Assembly: GCA_964633415.1 (NCBI GenBank)
Contig: CAZWFY010000009.1
Location: 7,389 to 71,388, forward strand
Length of the DNA stretch: 64,000 bases
Direction of reading: 5' to 3'
Source: an uncultured Clostridia bacterium
GTDB lineage: Bacteria; Acidobacteriota; Aminicenantia; UBA2199
The position numbers and the translations under genes are program-made. How positions within the stretch are numbered: the stretch's first letter is position 1; each line of letters starts with the position of its first letter. Below, in pieces: positions 9,370-18,503 of the stretch. The notes under the pieces are model-generated. The model made no database searches. It was not told where the DNA came from and worked only from the letters and a program-made list of their open reading frames with translations.

Positions 9370-9831
9370 ATGAAAAATTGTGAAGAGATACTTATTGAAA
9401 AAGGTACAAATATGATATTTGTAAAAGATGATGTCAATATAGATGAAGCCGTCAGAATTATGCTTAAAAACAATATCGGGGCAATTCTCGTAAAGAGAAA
9501 TGAAGAGGTGATCGGTATTTGGACGGAGCGTGATCTTATGAGAAATATTACAATGGACAATTTTGATCCGAAAAAAGCAATAATCAAAAATTATATGACA
9601 AAAAATCTGATTTCAGCTCTTTCCACTGATAGCGTATATAATCTTATGGATAAATTTCTCGGGAAAAGATTGCGTCATCTTCTTATTGAAAAAGAGGGCA
9701 AATATATCGGTCTTCTTTCAATCGGAGATGTCATAAAAGCAACATTAAGAGCAAAAACCGAAGAACTCAACGAATTAAAAGCCATGGTCAGTTGGGATTA
9801 TTATGAAGATTGGGGGTGGCAGAAGAAATAA
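9370..9831 (+). CDS. CBS-domain pair protein
   Basis: Two CBS-like units (GAILVKRNEEVIGIWTERDLMR and RHLLIEKEGKYIGLLSIGDVIKA). Confidence 0.7.
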   Translation: MKNCEEILIEKGTNMIFVKDDVNIDEAVRIMLKNNIGAILVKRNEEVIGIWTERDLMRNITMDNFDPKKAIIKNYMTKNLISALSTDSVYNLMDKFLGKRLRHLLIEKEGKYIGLLSIGDVIKATLRAKTEELNELKAMVSWDYYEDWGWQKK

Positions 9832-9833
9832 AA

Positions 9834-12368
9834 ATGATTAAAAAAACAAATTCCAAACTATTGTTTTTTTCTATCCCAATTATAGTGATATTGCTTTTTT
9901 TCATTGGGAAAAACTTATTGTTTGTTAAAAAAGCAGGACATGGAATGAATGTAATTCTGATAACCGTGGATACACTCAGAGCCGATCATGTCGGAGTTTA
10001 TAATAAAAATGAAGAGAGCATTACACCGAATATTGACAAACTTGCCGACGAAGGAGTTATCTTCAAACATTGTATAGCTCATACCCCTTTAACTCTTCCT
10101 TCTCACGTATCTATTCTTTCCGGAACATATCCTCTGTATCACCAGGTTAGAGATAACGGCAGTTTCATTGTTCCTGATGAGTTGAAATTTATCAGTGAAA
10201 TATTTAAAGAAAACGACTATTCCACTTCAGCTTTCATTGCTGCATTTGTTCTCCATTCAAAGTGGGGGCTCGCTCAGGGATTTGATACTTATAGTGATGA
10301 TTTTGATCTTTCACTCTATAAAACCGTCTCACTAAGTAAAATCGAATTTAAAGCGGAAAAAGTTTTTAACAATGCAAAAAAATGGATAAAGGAGAATAAA
10401 AAAAATAAATTTTTTTCATGGATACATCTTTACGATCCACATTATCCCTATTCTCCCCCATCCCCTTTTCTTAATAAATACAAAAAAGATCTTTACAAGG
10501 GAGAGATCGCATACACCGATTCTATGATTGGAAAATTCATAAAATTTTTAAAAGATGAAAATATTCTTGATAATACAATTATTATTTTAACAGCAGATCA
10601 CGGAGAAGGAAGAGGTGATCATAAAGAAGACAATCACGGTTTCTTCATTTACGAATCCGTTATACATGTGCCGGCTCTGATCAGAGCTCCTTTCAAATTC
10701 CATGTAAAAAATTTCACCCAAACGATAGGTCATGTTGACCTGATGCCTACGATTCTCGATCTTGTCGGTCTCCCGATTCCCGACTCATGTCAGGGAAGAT
10801 CACTCGTGAATGAATTAAACGGGGAAAAAGCAGTAAATGAAATTACATATACGGAAACATATTATCCTAAGTTTCATTATGGATGGTCGAATTTAAAAGC
10901 TCTCTATTCCGGTAATTATAAATTTATTCTTTCACCGAAACCCGAGCTTTTTAATATTTCCACCGACAGGAATGAATCTGATAACATCTATTTTAAATAT
11001 TTTAATCAAGCCGGAAAGATTAAAAAACAGATGGAAATTTTTATAAAAAAGTTTTCAGAGAACAGAATATCTCCGATAAAGAACAATAAAATGAACACTG
11101 CCGATATGAAAAGATTTAAATCTTTAGGATATCTTTCAGGAAGTATAAAGATTGATAACAAAACACCACTTGCAGATCCGAAGGAAAAGTTTTTTATTGT
11201 TAAAAAAATCAAAAACGCTATGAGTTTTGTCAAAGCAGGTGATCTGGATTCTGCAACAAAACTGGTTATGGAGATACTCGGAAATGACAACCGGATAATT
11301 GACGCTCACGTTGTTCTCGGGAACATCTATGTTGATAAGAGCAATTATAAAGAAGCTTTACAATGTTTTAACAGAGCAATGAAATTAAAACCTCACTATA
11401 ACATTATAATGGGCAATGTGTTGAATTGTTATATAAAATTAAAAATGTATGATGCCGGCATAAACAGGGGGATTGATTTTTTAAAGATTTTCCCGAGAGA
11501 TGCAACGATCCTATTGAAACTCGGTGAATTCTATTTTTTAAAAAAAGAGTATAAAAAGTCGGAAAAATATTTCACTAACTCTTTGGAACAAAACCATTTT
11601 AATTCAAAAGTTCTATTCCGCCTTGCTGAAATAAATATTATAAAAAACAATAAGAAAAAAGCCAAAGAATTTATAGAAAAGATAAAAAACATTAAACCTG
11701 ATCATAAAATGCTTCCATATCTTTATATAAAGCTCAATCTTTTGGAAGGAAATCTATCCAAGGCAGTTAAACTGCAGGAACAAGAGATAAAAAACAATCC
11801 TCTGAACGCCGATTCGATTTATAATCTCGGATTGCTTAATCTTAGACAAAATAATCATAAGAAAGCCCTTGGAAACTTTTTTTCCGCAAAAAAACTAAAT
11901 CCCGGACTGAGAGGACTTAATTTGAGAATTGCACAAATCCTCGGACGTAGAGGTAACCATAAAAAAGCTGAAAAATATTTAAGGGAAGAACTCAAGTATT
12001 TTCATAATTCAATTCCTGCTTACTATGGTCTGGCAATTGAATTATATCAACAGAGAAGATTAAAAGCTGCAGTTATAAATTTCAAAAAGGCTATTGCTCT
12101 CAAACCTGATTTTGTAGATGCTCTTTTTAACCTCGGAGTTGTTTTATCCGAAATGGGGGAAAAAAAAGAGGCTATATCATATTTCGAAAAACTTATCATG
12201 ATGAAACCTAAAGATATCTATGCAAGAATAAAACTTGGAGAGTTAGTAAGAATAACCGACAAAAAAAGAGCATTATCTCATTTCAAAATCGCTTTAACAC
12301 TGGCAATTGAAAAAGGGGACAAAGCATTAATTAAAAAAATAAAAGCATGGATCTCATACCTCAAATAA
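9834..12368 (+). CDS. Membrane-anchored sulfatase-fold (alkaline phosphatase superfamily) enzyme fused to a C-terminal TPR domain
   Basis: Metal-site motif NVILITVDTLRADHVG. The site equivalent to CxPxR reads HTPLTLPSHVSILSG. N-terminal TM. About 350 aa of TPR repeats at the C-terminus. Confidence 0.75.
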   Translation: MIKKTNSKLLFFSIPIIVILLFFIGKNLLFVKKAGHGMNVILITVDTLRADHVGVYNKNEESITPNIDKLADEGVIFKHCIAHTPLTLPSHVSILSGTYPLYHQVRDNGSFIVPDELKFISEIFKENDYSTSAFIAAFVLHSKWGLAQGFDTYSDDFDLSLYKTVSLSKIEFKAEKVFNNAKKWIKENKKNKFFSWIHLYDPHYPYSPPSPFLNKYKKDLYKGEIAYTDSMIGKFIKFLKDENILDNTIIILTADHGEGRGDHKEDNHGFFIYESVIHVPALIRAPFKFHVKNFTQTIGHVDLMPTILDLVGLPIPDSCQGRSLVNELNGEKAVNEITYTETYYPKFHYGWSNLKALYSGNYKFILSPKPELFNISTDRNESDNIYFKYFNQAGKIKKQMEIFIKKFSENRISPIKNNKMNTADMKRFKSLGYLSGSIKIDNKTPLADPKEKFFIVKKIKNAMSFVKAGDLDSATKLVMEILGNDNRIIDAHVVLGNIYVDKSNYKEALQCFNRAMKLKPHYNIIMGNVLNCYIKLKMYDAGINRGIDFLKIFPRDATILLKLGEFYFLKKEYKKSEKYFTNSLEQNHFNSKVLFRLAEINIIKNNKKKAKEFIEKIKNIKPDHKMLPYLYIKLNLLEGNLSKAVKLQEQEIKNNPLNADSIYNLGLLNLRQNNHKKALGNFFSAKKLNPGLRGLNLRIAQILGRRGNHKKAEKYLREELKYFHNSIPAYYGLAIELYQQRRLKAAVINFKKAIALKPDFVDALFNLGVVLSEMGEKKEAISYFEKLIMMKPKDIYARIKLGELVRITDKKRALSHFKIALTLAIEKGDKALIKKIKAWISYLK

Positions 12369-12450
12369 AATATTGCAACAAGAACAGGATAAAATCACTT
12401 GACTATCAGATTTAATATTGATAACATCAAAAAATATCTATTTACCGGAA

Positions 12451-12936
12451 ATGAAAATGAAAAAATATATATTTATAGGAATAACGATTCTGTCACTGTT
12501 TATCTTTTCCATCTCATGCAAAAAAAAATTCGGTGAATTCAATCTTCAGCAACTTTCCGGAAATATAGTCTATAATGCCGTAAATAACACCTCTTCTCTT
12601 CAACTTCAGGTAAAAGGAACTACATTAAATTATATTAAAGGTTCATTTAAAAAATGGTATTTTGTTATCTACAACAGCGATAATGAAGAATTGTTAAAAA
12701 TTTCAGATGAAAACTATATGAATATCAGTTCCGATATAGAGGTTCAAAAAACAGATGTAGATCTTTACTATGATGGATTTCTGATTGTTAAAACAACAAA
12801 GAATATTCCCGGAGACATATTAAACGGGGGAACTCCCGACAGACTGTTATTAAGATGTACAATAGAAGATCAGTATGGAAATAAAACCGAACATGTTTTA
12901 ATGGGTCTTGTCCAGTATTTTAAAATCGAATTTTAA
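12451..12936 (+). CDS. Hypothetical lipoprotein
   Basis: MKMKKYIFIGITILSLFIFSISC signal peptide with lipobox Cys. No family recognised. Confidence 0.45.
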   Translation: MKMKKYIFIGITILSLFIFSISCKKKFGEFNLQQLSGNIVYNAVNNTSSLQLQVKGTTLNYIKGSFKKWYFVIYNSDNEELLKISDENYMNISSDIEVQKTDVDLYYDGFLIVKTTKNIPGDILNGGTPDRLLLRCTIEDQYGNKTEHVLMGLVQYFKIEF

Positions 12937-13183
12937 TTTAAACACAATCGTTGTTTAATAATCCGTTAACTTTTACTTCGGAATTAGGAAAAAGAATTCA
13001 AAATAATGAATAAATAGTCACCTATAATCCAAAATATTGATTTTTTTTTTACAACAAAATATCAGATCTTAAGCAAATCCAATGATATCTATAATATACA
13101 CTAATTACACTTGGAAATTTATTTTGGTATGAAACTTGCATTTATATATTGTGTTTAAAAAAAAACAATAAAAAGGAGGATTC

Positions 13184-16100
13184 ATGAAAAAGATTGTGTT
13201 ATTTATTTTTGCAGTCACACTTCTGGTTTTTCTTGGAAATAATATCTATTCCCAAGAACAATCCGGAGAGGTTATCGGAACTGTCGTATTAGAAGACGGT
13301 TCTGCTATTCCCGGAGTTCTTATCGAAGCAAGCGGTAAGAATCTGATAGGAAAGAAAACTGCCGTTTCCGATGAAAACGGAGCTTTTAGAATTCTGGGAT
13401 TACCCCCGGGAGAGTATAACTTTGTTTTCACACTTGAAGGATTTAAAACCTACAAGAGAAACGGAGTAACGATAGTTCTCGGAAAAACCATTAAACTGAA
13501 CATCGTAATGGAAACGGGCGTTATAAAAGAAGAGGTGGTTGTTTCCGGAATGGCACCGGTTATTGATGTCAGAAACAGTGCGGCTGCCGTAAACATCTCC
13601 AAGGAAGTTTTCCTCAAACTCCCCAAGGGACGTGATTTTACAAGTCTTATTGTAACTCAGGCAGGAGCAAATAATGAAAACATCGGTGGCGGACTTCAGA
13701 TGGAAGGTGCATCAAGTTCAGAGAACACTTTTTTTGTTGACGGTGTTAACACGACAACAATAGAAGGCGGAGTTTCCGGACAGAACATCAGCTATGACTA
13801 CATTGAAGAAGTACAGACCAAAACTACCGGTTATAATGCAGAGTTCGGCGGATCAATGGGTGGAGTTGTAAATGTAATAACGAAGAGTGGTGGTAATGAA
13901 TTCCACGGCGATCTGATCACATATTTCAATGCGGATTTCCTTAATGGAGAACCGAGAGATTCTCTAAGATTAAATCCTATTGACAGTACGAAAGCCGAAT
14001 ATTTTCATTATCCGAAAGACAAATATACTTCCATTGAGCCCGGTTTTTCTCTCGGCGGTTATCTGATAAAGGATAAAGTTTGGTTCTACGGAAGTTTTGT
14101 TCCGAGATTATTCAAACAGACAAGACAAGTAGATGCTATCGGACATCCGGAAGCAGCCGGAAAAGAGTATTCATACACGAGAACTTATTTTAAGGGATCG
14201 GGAAAAATTTCAGCGGCAATCACACCAAAACTTAGATTAACATTGTCGGGAACTCTTGATTCGCAGGAAGTTAAAAAAACACTTCCTCCTCAGTCAGGAT
14301 CATTTAATCCAAACGCATCCACATATGAGGATTACGGTTATAAGTATCCCGGACTGACACTTGCAGCAGGAATTGACTGGTCTATCGGAGATAACTCTTT
14401 CCTGAATGTTCAGGGAGGATATTTCCGTACAAATGCATACAGCACGAATATTCCTGAAAATGTACCGACAAGATTACGTCATATATATTCAAACTATGAT
14501 ATTCCGGGAATGCCGGATGATCTTAAAGTTCCCAGAGGATACTCAAATGTAGGATGGAGTGATATCTATCTTGATACAAAAAATATCGCAAGAAAAGTTT
14601 CAGCTAAAGCCGACTTCACAACTTATCTGAATGCAGGCGGTGAACATGTAATTAAAACAGGTTTCGGATGGAACCAGTTGTTCATGGATAAGAGTCAGGG
14701 TATCAATACACCTTACTGGGCTTTCTATTGGGGCAAATCCATCTATACAAAATTAGACGGTACCGTTGTTCCGGTAAAATACGGTTATGCAAGAGAACTC
14801 GGACCTTACGGAACAATTGCAGATGCAACAAGCAACAGATTTTCCTTCTACCTTCAGGATAGTTGGACAATTAAAGATAAGTTGACGATAAATTATGGTG
14901 TCAGACTTGAACAGGAAGAGATTCCTGCAATGGCTAAGGGTCATCCTACAGCTTTTGAATTTAAGTTTTTTGACAAGATCGCACCGAGATTCGGTTTTGC
15001 ATATGATATGAAAGGCAACGGAAAAACAAAGCTTTTCGGTAGTGCCGGAATCTATTATGATGTTATGAAACTCGACATGGTCGCCGGTTCTTTCGGTGGA
15101 TTAAAATGGGAAGATTCATGGTATGAAATCGTAAATCTTGACTGGAGACTTTATGACGGTCAGAAAGGATGGAGTTTTACAGGTTCAACCGATCCTATCA
15201 ACGGCGGACAGTTCTTAGAACATAAGAACCACAGAATCCCATCATTTGATACTATCCAACCGGCAGACTCAATGAAACCCATAAGCAAGATGGAGGTTTC
15301 TCTCGGATTTGCCCAGGAATTAAGCAACAACCTGGCTTTTACATTAAGAGGTTCATACAACAAAATGCTTCAGACTATCGAAGATATCGGTGTTCAGACT
15401 CCTTTGGGAGAAAAATACTTTATCGCTAATCCCGGTAGTGATTGGATAAATGCAAAGTATAAAGAATCCGGTGATGCAGGACTTATGCCTCCGGGAAGGA
15501 AATGTCCGGCTCCTAACAGAGAATATTATTCTCTTACATTCCAACTTGATAAAAAATTCTCAGATAACTGGTTGGGTGGTGCTTCATTAACCTTAAGCAG
15601 ACTTACAGGTAACCATTCGGGTCTTGCAAGTTCCGATGAATACGGAAGACATAATCCCGGTGTTGAAAGATATTGGGATCTCTGGTTCTTTATGTATGAT
15701 TCACACATGAAAGAAGTTATCGGACTGCTTCCGACGGACAGACCGATGGATTTTAAATTCTACGGAGCATACACCTTTGATTTCGGTCTTACAGTCGGTT
15801 TTAACGGTTATGCAAAGAGTGGAACTCCATTGTCAACCGAATTCATGCTCGACAACCAGCAGGGATGGTATCCGAACGGTAGAGCCGACCTCGGAAGAAC
15901 ACCATTCATCTGGCAGATCGATTCTTACATTGAATACACATTAAAGCTCGGTAAAGCTAATCTTCAGCTAAGTGCCAATATCTCCAATCTCACAAACAAC
16001 AATATCGCAAGAAGAACATACACTCGTATTTATGACGCAGCCGTATATCTCAGTGATTCGGAAATCGCACAGGGTTTTGATGTTGATACCGTCATGAAAT

Positions 16101-16192
16101 CTCTGGGACTTGAACGTGACCCGAGATTCTTGATGAATCATACTTTCCTTCCTCCAATCTCAATCAGACTCGGAGCTAAAATATCATTCTAA
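13184..16192 (+). CDS. TonB-dependent outer-membrane receptor (CarbopepD_reg-like domain + plug + beta-barrel)
   Basis: AAGGAGG RBS. Signal peptide. GTVVLEDGSAIPGVLIEASG...ENGAFRILGLPPGEY is a carboxypeptidase-regulatory-like domain. Plug FFVDGVNTT...GGVVNVITKSGGNEFHG. C-terminal ...GAKISF ends in an aromatic residue. Confidence 0.8.
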   Translation: MKKIVLFIFAVTLLVFLGNNIYSQEQSGEVIGTVVLEDGSAIPGVLIEASGKNLIGKKTAVSDENGAFRILGLPPGEYNFVFTLEGFKTYKRNGVTIVLGKTIKLNIVMETGVIKEEVVVSGMAPVIDVRNSAAAVNISKEVFLKLPKGRDFTSLIVTQAGANNENIGGGLQMEGASSSENTFFVDGVNTTTIEGGVSGQNISYDYIEEVQTKTTGYNAEFGGSMGGVVNVITKSGGNEFHGDLITYFNADFLNGEPRDSLRLNPIDSTKAEYFHYPKDKYTSIEPGFSLGGYLIKDKVWFYGSFVPRLFKQTRQVDAIGHPEAAGKEYSYTRTYFKGSGKISAAITPKLRLTLSGTLDSQEVKKTLPPQSGSFNPNASTYEDYGYKYPGLTLAAGIDWSIGDNSFLNVQGGYFRTNAYSTNIPENVPTRLRHIYSNYDIPGMPDDLKVPRGYSNVGWSDIYLDTKNIARKVSAKADFTTYLNAGGEHVIKTGFGWNQLFMDKSQGINTPYWAFYWGKSIYTKLDGTVVPVKYGYARELGPYGTIADATSNRFSFYLQDSWTIKDKLTINYGVRLEQEEIPAMAKGHPTAFEFKFFDKIAPRFGFAYDMKGNGKTKLFGSAGIYYDVMKLDMVAGSFGGLKWEDSWYEIVNLDWRLYDGQKGWSFTGSTDPINGGQFLEHKNHRIPSFDTIQPADSMKPISKMEVSLGFAQELSNNLAFTLRGSYNKMLQTIEDIGVQTPLGEKYFIANPGSDWINAKYKESGDAGLMPPGRKCPAPNREYYSLTFQLDKKFSDNWLGGASLTLSRLTGNHSGLASSDEYGRHNPGVERYWDLWFFMYDSHMKEVIGLLPTDRPMDFKFYGAYTFDFGLTVGFNGYAKSGTPLSTEFMLDNQQGWYPNGRADLGRTPFIWQIDSYIEYTLKLGKANLQLSANISNLTNNNIARRTYTRIYDAAVYLSDSEIAQGFDVDTVMKSLGLERDPRFLMNHTFLPPISIRLGAKISF

Positions 16193-16228
16193 GCTCATAA
16201 CTGAATAAATCAGTTATAAAATAAAAAG

Positions 16229-16263
16229 AGCCCTCTTGTTTGCACAAGAGGGCTTTTTTTTTA
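16229..16263 (+). terminator. Rho-independent terminator (11-bp GC-rich stem agccctcttgt/acaagagggct, then a T9 run)
   Basis: Perfect inverted repeat followed by a poly-T, read directly 37 nt after the receptor stop codon. Confidence 0.75.
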
Positions 16264-16487
16264 TATCTTTAGGTATTAAATAGTATCTTTCTCTTGACCA
16301 GAATTTTATTTAAATCATCAACGAAGACTCTTATCTAAGCGTAAAGTCAACAGAGAAATTACAAGAACTAATTGATCTTGATATAACATATTCAATAAAT
16401 AGTTGAAATTTTCCTGATAATATTCCATTTTAGCAAAAGTAAGTTTCAGCTAACAGGATATTTGTTTTAATATTTAAATATCAAAAA

Positions 16488-17510
16488 TTATTTGGCTCCT
16501 TTAAGACTATCAACAACAGCTTTAATACCGTCTGCTTCCGGAGATTTCGGATCCAATTTAAGAAATTTTTTAAAACTTTCAACAGCAGATTTGATATCAC
16601 CCTTATTAAGATAAGCATAGCCAAGCTTTAAATATGGTACTGACCATTTCGGTTTTATTTTAGATGCTATTTTATAATACTTGATTGCACCTTCGGAGTT
16701 ATTGTTACCAAAATAGATCTCTCCTACATTATATGCAAGGATCTCATCTTTAGGATTCATATTTATCGACTTCATAAAATATTCCTGCCCTCTCTTAAGA
16801 TCATTCTTCTTAACCAAAACCTCACCTATTCCCGCAAGAGATTTTGCTTTAATCTCAATTCCGTCTCTATTTTCTTTAGCATTTTTTATTACCGATTCAT
16901 ATTCGGTTATTGCTTTTTCATACTCTGCTTTTTCCTTGAAACATTTACCTATATAAAAATGAACCTGATATATATCAGGATGCTTATCGGCAAAATTTTG
17001 AAATGAAATAAGAGCTTTATCATATTTTTTTTCTTTTAAGAGTTTAATCCCCTCATCTATTGATTTTACATCCGATTTCAATTGTTCCGTAGCTATCTCT
17101 TCCACTGACTTTTTTAAAACCATCTTAACATCACGGTTTTTGTTCATTGTAAAAACTTCGAGACTTTTTGTGGCAGGAGAATAATTTTTATAAGTAACTG
17201 TAATTTTCCAGTAACCGTATCCAAGCGTTGAAAAGATCCATACTCCTTTTTTGTTTGTAACAGTGCTGAAAACCCGTCTGTTTTCTTCTTTAATAGGAAT
17301 TATCTCAGGTTTACTCCCCGATTTCTTAATTGATCCGATCAATTGAATTTCCACATTTGCTCCGGAAACGGGAGATTTGTCTTCAAAAAAAACAAACCCT
17401 TTCAGTCTGCCTTTACCTACTCCTGTTTGTGAATAAGCAATCTGGGATAGTAATAAAATCCCGGATATCATAAAAATAAGAAACATTTTTTTTTGTAAAT
17501 TCATTATCAC
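16488..17510 (-). CDS. Secreted TPR-repeat protein with N-terminal CarbopepD_reg-like domain
   Basis: Signal peptide. GRLKGFVFFEDKSPVSGANVEIQ beta-sandwich-like N-terminus. At least four TPR-like repeats (YQVHFYIGKCF..., AYNVGEIYF...). Confidence 0.6.
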   Translation of the reverse strand: MIMNLQKKMFLIFMISGILLLSQIAYSQTGVGKGRLKGFVFFEDKSPVSGANVEIQLIGSIKKSGSKPEIIPIKEENRRVFSTVTNKKGVWIFSTLGYGYWKITVTYKNYSPATKSLEVFTMNKNRDVKMVLKKSVEEIATEQLKSDVKSIDEGIKLLKEKKYDKALISFQNFADKHPDIYQVHFYIGKCFKEKAEYEKAITEYESVIKNAKENRDGIEIKAKSLAGIGEVLVKKNDLKRGQEYFMKSINMNPKDEILAYNVGEIYFGNNNSEGAIKYYKIASKIKPKWSVPYLKLGYAYLNKGDIKSAVESFKKFLKLDPKSPEADGIKAVVDSLKGAK

Positions 17511-17531
17511 TCCTAAAATTATATATAAAAT

Positions 17532-18503
17532 TTAATTTTTTATCGCAAATTTTATTTTTTTTCTTGTCTCTTTATTATCTGTATGGTTCTTGAGTATTAC
17601 TGTCATAACATATTTTCCCTGTTTTAAATCTATTGGAAATTTAATTGTATAATTATCCGACATATCATCCAGGTCCTTTTCAGTCAGCCTTATCTTAAAC
17701 TCTCTTTTTTTCACAATTTCCTTTTTTGTTTTCATTCTTACTATTTTCAAAGTCACTCCTATTGTGGTGGTATTATAAAGCCCTCCTTCCTCAGGTGTAA
17801 AAGAGATCGTAGAAAATGGAATAGTGAGTGAAAGTAATATTTTACCCTTGGACTTTTTATTCAACTTAATATTAAAATCCATAGGGATTTTTTCTCTGGA
17901 CACTTTAGGTTTAAGCATAATTCCAACAGTATTTAGCATTCCGATCTGTCTGGCACTGATCGGTGAAATTTTAAAATCATTTATTTGAAAATAATCAACA
18001 AAAATCACAGGAAAATTACCATACAACCAGACAATATGAGGATATGAATCTAAGGGTCTTTCTCCTGATCGAGAATAAATTTTACCCTGATAGAACCTTC
18101 GTTGGGACGGAGGTCCCAATATCATGTATATTCTTCCTCTATCTGTTTTCCATCCGCTTTTTTTCCCATTCCTGAAATATTTGTTGGCATATCTCATTCT
18201 GTTGTAGTATTCGGTTTTAAACTCATTCTCTTCCGTTCCGGGATCAGGATCTCTTTTTTCCCAGAACTCCTTTTTGAAAATCTCACGATCTTTCTGATTT
18301 GTCAGCGATAAGAATTTTTTCCTTTCCTGCTTTGTTATTATAAGAGAAACCTCATTCAGAAATATTTTATCATTTTCCGGTAGACTTTTGACAAGGATTC
18401 CGGAGCTGTTACAACCGTTTGTTAATATAAGAGTTGTCAAGAAAAACAAAAAAATAACAAATAAGATATTTCTATTTTTTATCTGCATTTCCATTCCTCC
18501 CAT
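17532..18503 (-). CDS. GWxTD-domain protein
   Basis: GWKTDRGRIYMILGPPSQRRF matches the GWxTD signature. N-terminal signal or lipoprotein-like sequence. The true start may be an internal Met, since 32 nt overlap the next gene. Confidence 0.65.
   Translation of the reverse strand: MGGMEMQIKNRNILFVIFLFFLTTLILTNGCNSSGILVKSLPENDKIFLNEVSLIITKQERKKFLSLTNQKDREIFKKEFWEKRDPDPGTEENEFKTEYYNRMRYANKYFRNGKKSGWKTDRGRIYMILGPPSQRRFYQGKIYSRSGERPLDSYPHIVWLYGNFPVIFVDYFQINDFKISPISARQIGMLNTVGIMLKPKVSREKIPMDFNIKLNKKSKGKILLSLTIPFSTISFTPEEGGLYNTTTIGVTLKIVRMKTKKEIVKKREFKIRLTEKDLDDMSDNYTIKFPIDLKQGKYVMTVILKNHTDNKETRKKIKFAIKN

Noticed and set aside
12937-13183. Possible riboswitch upstream of the TonB-dependent receptor
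   Set aside because: No conserved riboswitch core motifs (TPP, cobalamin, etc.) are visible. The region is simply AT-rich promoter sequence.
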